From: Bacteroidales bacterium UBA1182
GTDB lineage: Bacteria; Bacteroidota; Bacteroidia; Bacteroidales; Bacteroidaceae
NCBI GenBank assembly: GCA_002310015.1
Contig: DBYQ01000058.1
Span: 1 to 63,380 of the forward strand
Direction of reading: 5' to 3'
DNA: 63,380 bases
Positions 59,316 to 63,380 of this stretch are shown in pieces (the first letter of the stretch is position 1; the number at the start of each line of letters is the position of its first letter). The notes under the pieces were generated by a model. It was given only the letters and a program-made list of their open reading frames with translations, ran no database searches and had not been told where the DNA came from. The translations under genes and the position numbers were made by a program.

Positions 59316-61862
59316 TTAGCCTAAATCTACGACTGTAATGCCATGGCCGCCAAACTGTATATGCTCGTCATGATAATCTTTGACGGCAGGTACAGTATGC
59401 AGATACTGGCGTATCAGGTTGCGCAGTATGCCGTTACCGGTGCCATGAAGGATACGCACGCGGCTCATGCCTATAAGCGTGGCGTCATCAATAAAGTGCA
59501 TCACAGTCTGGATAGCCTCATCACCACGCATACCACGTACGTCAATATCCGGTTTGAAAGCCAGTTTACGGTTGTATATGTCATCGTGGGTCTGCTTGCT
59601 TACGTATGTAGCGGAACGCACATCCTGCGTCTTTACGGCCTCGGCAGGCTCCAGACGGTTAGCCTTTACTATGCTGGTAATATGCCCGAAAGCTACCGTA
59701 ATGTCATTCTTATTGATTGAAATCACATCACCAACCTGAGTCTGACCGATAAGACGGACTGTGTCACCAATTTTGAATGACTGCTTGGGGGAACTCTTTA
59801 ATTGAGAATTGAGAGTTGAGAATTGAGAATTATCTGAATTATCTGAATTCTGTGCTGATTCCAGCTTCTGGTGGTGCAGGGCTTTGTCACGTTTGCGCTG
59901 TTCACGGCGTTCCTGACTCTGACGGATGCGCTCCATCTTACGCTGTATCTTGAGCTCCTCCTCGCTGTTCTGACGGTCATCAAGAGTATCCTTGAACTCT
60001 GTAAGTTCCTGGCGGGCCAGACGGGTAAGTTCCTTATCGGCCTGAGCCTCCTTGATGGTGCGAATGGTATTCTCAATCATGGCGTTGGAGTCCTGGATAA
60101 GCTGATCAGCCTTCTCCTTGGCTTCACGGATGATTGATTTACGTTCCTTTTGCAGTGATTCCAGCTCCTGACGGTGCTGTTCTATCTGCTGATCCAGCTG
60201 TTTTTCAAGCTGATGCACGTTCTGACGTTTGTTTTCCCAGTAACGCTTGTCGCGGACAATATCCTGCAGGTACTTGTCGGCATTAACGTAATCGCGTCCT
60301 ACAATCTGTGTGGCATCCTCAATGACATCCTCAGGAAGACCGATCTTGCGGGCTATCTCAACGGCAAATGAGCTGCCGGGATTACCTATTTGCAATATAT
60401 ATAGCGGCTGCATGAGATGACGGTCATAGAGCATGGCACCGTTACGTATGCCATCATTGCCATCAGCAAAGTGCTTGAGATTCTGATAATGTGTTGTTAT
60501 TATGCCAAATACGCGGTTGCGATTGAAACGTGCCAGAACAGCCTCAGCTATTGCGCCGCCAATGCCCGGCTCCGTTCCGCTTCCAAACTCATCTATAAGA
60601 ATGAGGCTGCGGTTATCGGCATTCTTAAGCATATTCTTCATGTTAAGCAGATGGCTGGAGTAGGTGCTCAGGTCATCATCTATGCTCTGCTCATCACCTA
60701 TATCAATGAATATGCTCTTGAATATGCCTGCGTGGCTGTTGGGACGCATCGGAACAGGTATTCCGCATTGGAGCATGTACTGCAGAAGGCCTACAGTCTT
60801 AAGACAGACGGATTTACCGCCTGCGTTGGGGCCCGATATAAGCAGTATGCTATTCTTGGAGTCAAGGTCTATGTCCAGTGGAACCACCGTCTTGTCATGT
60901 TTGGCAAGAGACTGCTTTAACAGCGGATGCACGGCCTGTACCCAGTCAACCATCGTCTTGCGTTCAAGAATGGGCTTACAGGCGTCAAAATCAAGAGCAA
61001 GGCGGGCTTTGGCACGTATGAAATCAATCTTGGCCATGAATCCGTATGATTCAAGTATGGACGGAATCTCCGGGCGTATGCTGTCTGTAAAAGAGATAAG
61101 GATACGTGTGACCTCACGCTTTTCATCGGCCTCAAGTTCACGTATGCGGTTATTGGCCTCAACAACCTCCTCAGGCTCGATGAAAACGGTCTTGCCCGAT
61201 GCCGATTCATCATGTACTATACCGCGTATCTTACGCTTTAATCCGGGCGCTACGGGCAGCACCAGACGGCCGTCACGCATGGTTGGAGCGGCATCTTTGT
61301 CAACTACACCGTCTGTCTGCGCCTGACGCAAAATGCTGTTCAGGATACGTGATATGCTGAAAGATGTGTTGGCCAGATCCATGCGGATGCGGTATAGTTC
61401 CGGTGATGCATTGTCCTTAAGCTTGCCGAACTTGGTAAGTATGCGGGCTATCCCTTGGGTAATAGTGGGGAATACAGCCACGCTGTCAGCAAGTTCCGTC
61501 AGATTGGGGTAGAGACCCTGGTTATCCTCCTTGGAGAGGAACTCCACAATGCCGCTTATTGTCTCAAGTGAGCGCCATAAACCAAGCAGTTCAGCCTCAT
61601 CAAGCCATGTGCCCATAACTTTGATGCGGGCCAGAGCCTCACGAAGGTCATGGTAGTTCTGATCAGGAAATGATTTGCCTTCAGTGAGTATCCTGACAAA
61701 CTCCATTGTCTCATCAAGAGCTTTTTCAATGGGCCCATAATCGGTCTGAAACTGCATTTCCTCAACCTGTTGCACGCCAAGCGGACAGATGCAACGGTCT
61801 GCAAGCATCTGCCTTATCTCATCAAAACCGGTCTTATGTTCAAAATTGTCAGGATAAATCAT
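59316..61862 (-). CDS. mutS2: endonuclease MutS2 (MutS domain V ATPase plus C-terminal Smr)
   Basis: Walker A ISGPNAGGKS and the IDEFGSGTEP block, a long coiled coil, and a C-terminal Smr domain (LHGTGNGILR). A heptamer array lies in frame before the Smr domain. Confidence 0.9.
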   Translation of the reverse strand: MIYPDNFEHKTGFDEIRQMLADRCICPLGVQQVEEMQFQTDYGPIEKALDETMEFVRILTEGKSFPDQNYHDLREALARIKVMGTWLDEAELLGLWRSLETISGIVEFLSKEDNQGLYPNLTELADSVAVFPTITQGIARILTKFGKLKDNASPELYRIRMDLANTSFSISRILNSILRQAQTDGVVDKDAAPTMRDGRLVLPVAPGLKRKIRGIVHDESASGKTVFIEPEEVVEANNRIRELEADEKREVTRILISFTDSIRPEIPSILESYGFMAKIDFIRAKARLALDFDACKPILERKTMVDWVQAVHPLLKQSLAKHDKTVVPLDIDLDSKNSILLISGPNAGGKSVCLKTVGLLQYMLQCGIPVPMRPNSHAGIFKSIFIDIGDEQSIDDDLSTYSSHLLNMKNMLKNADNRSLILIDEFGSGTEPGIGGAIAEAVLARFNRNRVFGIITTHYQNLKHFADGNDGIRNGAMLYDRHLMQPLYILQIGNPGSSFAVEIARKIGLPEDVIEDATQIVGRDYVNADKYLQDIVRDKRYWENKRQNVHQLEKQLDQQIEQHRQELESLQKERKSIIREAKEKADQLIQDSNAMIENTIRTIKEAQADKELTRLARQELTEFKDTLDDRQNSEEELKIQRKMERIRQSQERREQRKRDKALHHQKLESAQNSDNSDNSQFSTLNSQLKSSPKQSFKIGDTVRLIGQTQVGDVISINKNDITVAFGHITSIVKANRLEPAEAVKTQDVRSATYVSKQTHDDIYNRKLAFKPDIDVRGMRGDEAIQTVMHFIDDATLIGMSRVRILHGTGNGILRNLIRQYLHTVPAVKDYHDEHIQFGGHGITVVDLG
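59800..59849. repeat. heptamer array plus 9-mer duplication inside mutS2 coding sequence
   Basis: aattgagaattgagagttgagaattgagaatt followed by atctgaatt x2. Read on the minus strand it encodes NSDNSDNSQFSTLNSQL. Confidence 0.85.
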
Positions 61863-61873
61863 GTAAGAATCTG

Positions 61874-63232
61874 TTATTCAAACAATAATCTGATATTGCT
61901 TACACCTGTACGGTTGTGTAACCAATGCTTGATCAGTTCTACATCGGGCTCATCCTCCATATCTTCCTTGAAGGACATGATACAGAGATATATGGTGTCA
62001 GTAGGAGCACCGTCAATATCGTATGAGATGTGCCGTTGCAGCGACATTTCTTTTATCTGCGGAACAAATATGCCAAGCTCACGTGACATGCTGCTTACTG
62101 CAAGGGTATCGGCAGTACGTATGGATGACAACTGCTCCTGCAGGCGTGATATCTGGCGGTTCTTCTCGTTCAGCATTTCCGTATAGTTGCTCTGCAGGGC
62201 CGTAATGGCTATCCCGCCATCCTCCTGATTGGCCTGACGCACCACCAGGTCCACCTTGGGCAGATGGTAAACGCTTGACATCTGGCCACGGATATTGTTT
62301 ACCACATTCTCTGACAGAGGTTCGCCAAACAGACGTACTTCTATGACTGATTGCTTTTTACGTCCGGTTTTATATTGGGCCGATGACTCAACCACAAACG
62401 TGTTGTCATAATTGAAAGCCTCATCGACAAAGTGTTTGTAGTTGGCCTCAAAAGCGGATCTCTGTATGATTGAAATAGCAATCAGGATACTGGGGAATGT
62501 TACAAGAACAATGATTGAAATCATGATGCTCTTGAGTTTCTTGAGCTTAAGCGGCTCCAGCTCACCAATCATCTGGAATTTCATTACTCTGGTAACTATG
62601 AATGATGCCAAAGCAATAAAAATGGAGTTGATGGTAAAAAGATACAAGGCACCCAGCATGAATTTGAACTGGAATGTGGCCAGGCCATAGCCTACGGTGC
62701 AGAGTGGGGGCATAAGAGCTGTTGCAATGGCCACACCCGGAATTACTGTACCGGTACGATCCTTACGTGTCTGTGCTACCATTCCTGCCAGACCGCCAAA
62801 CAGGGCGATAAGAATATCGTAAGTAGTAGGCTGGGTACGTGCCAACAGCTCGCTCTGCGTTGATGAAATTAGCGGCAGGGTAAAGAATATGGCCGATGTC
62901 ACCAAACTTACTACAATCATTATAAGGAAGTTGCGCAGGGATTCCTTAAGCAGGTTGAAATCAAATACTCCCATTGAATAACCCATACCGATTATAGGAC
63001 CCATAAGTGGGGATATGAGCATGGCGCCGATGATTACGGCCGTAGAGTTTGTGTTCAAGCCGAGAGAAGCAATGAATATGGCGAATATGAGAACCCAAAG
63101 GTTTGTGCCACGTATCATTATTCCCTTATGCACATTGGAGTTAACCTCTTCCTGTGATGCGGCATCAGCTCCAAGAGCGAATCTCTCCAGAACTCTATGT
63201 TTAATGAATTCGATTACCTTGTTTTTGTCCAT
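61874..63232 (-). CDS. DUF389-family integral membrane protein
   Basis: GAMLISPLMGPI and multiple TM helices in the N-terminal half, as in DUF389/TIGR00341 proteins, followed by a soluble C-terminal domain. Confidence 0.6.
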   Translation of the reverse strand: MDKNKVIEFIKHRVLERFALGADAASQEEVNSNVHKGIMIRGTNLWVLIFAIFIASLGLNTNSTAVIIGAMLISPLMGPIIGMGYSMGVFDFNLLKESLRNFLIMIVVSLVTSAIFFTLPLISSTQSELLARTQPTTYDILIALFGGLAGMVAQTRKDRTGTVIPGVAIATALMPPLCTVGYGLATFQFKFMLGALYLFTINSIFIALASFIVTRVMKFQMIGELEPLKLKKLKSIMISIIVLVTFPSILIAISIIQRSAFEANYKHFVDEAFNYDNTFVVESSAQYKTGRKKQSVIEVRLFGEPLSENVVNNIRGQMSSVYHLPKVDLVVRQANQEDGGIAITALQSNYTEMLNEKNRQISRLQEQLSSIRTADTLAVSSMSRELGIFVPQIKEMSLQRHISYDIDGAPTDTIYLCIMSFKEDMEDEPDVELIKHWLHNRTGVSNIRLLFE

Positions 63233-63355
63233 ATTATAAATACTGGTAATTTATTTTTCTGCAAAGTAATCAAAAAAGTTGGATAGTGTTTGCTGTTTCC
63301 AAAAAAAATATCCACCTTTGCACCGCTCAAACGGAGAGAAAGCCGCGATGAGTAT

Positions 63356-63380
63356 GGAAGGATGGCAGAGTGGTCGAATG
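63356..63380 (+). tRNA. 5' part of a class II tRNA (probably tRNA-Ser), cut by window edge
   Basis: GGAAGGATGGCAGAGTGGTCGAATG matches an acceptor stem plus a long D-arm of the GCAGAGTGGTCGAATGC type. The anticodon is not in the window. Confidence 0.55.

Overview
63.4-kb chromosomal segment that looks like a Bacteroidales (Bacteroidota) genome. The indicators are TAnnTTTG -7 promoter boxes, a hybrid two-component regulator, a TonB-dependent receptor/DUF4249 pair, a BACON lipoprotein and GH3/GH115 genes. All protein calls come from motif recognition by eye; no searches were run. I call about 50 protein genes and one truncated tRNA. They cover redox defence (sodB, bcp), DNA repair (MGMT-like, UDG-family glycosylase, nfo, mutS2), serB, GDP-mannose synthesis (manA, manC) and two polysaccharide export modules. 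They also include adk, a guaA lacking its GATase domain, metY/metA, an archaeal-type homocysteine trio (DUF39, NIL-ferredoxin, UPF0280), feoAB, peptidases, lipid genes, and a GH115/SGNH/HTCS group. Four things stand out beyond the genes. (1) A 29-nt imperfect palindrome, GTACAAAAGGGGTCTGACCCCAATTGTAC, occurs as 28 units, many as REPIN-like inverted doublets. They are concentrated around, and directly bracket, an IS200-like/RAYT-type Y1 transposase gene. Several copies lie in frame inside intact genes (manC twice, the feoA-feoB linker, the pepP C-terminus). (2) A second family of cassettes is bounded by arrays of the heptamer TTGAAAA/TTTTCAA. The arrays place TGA in all three frames, the cassettes carry a bidirectional terminator hairpin, and one cassette carries a low-GC four-helix-bundle (Avd/S23p-like) gene. 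The arrays supply the stop codon and ...IEN C-termini of several genes, and one array sits in frame inside mutS2. (3) Gly/Phe/Met-rich low-complexity modules (GGFGG/GGMGG) recur in four secreted proteins, including insertions into GH3 and CotH scaffolds. (4) A 186-nt GC-rich multi-hairpin element with a 23-bp closing stem, and a related truncated copy, bracket the homocysteine operon. I saw no CRISPR array and no rRNA.
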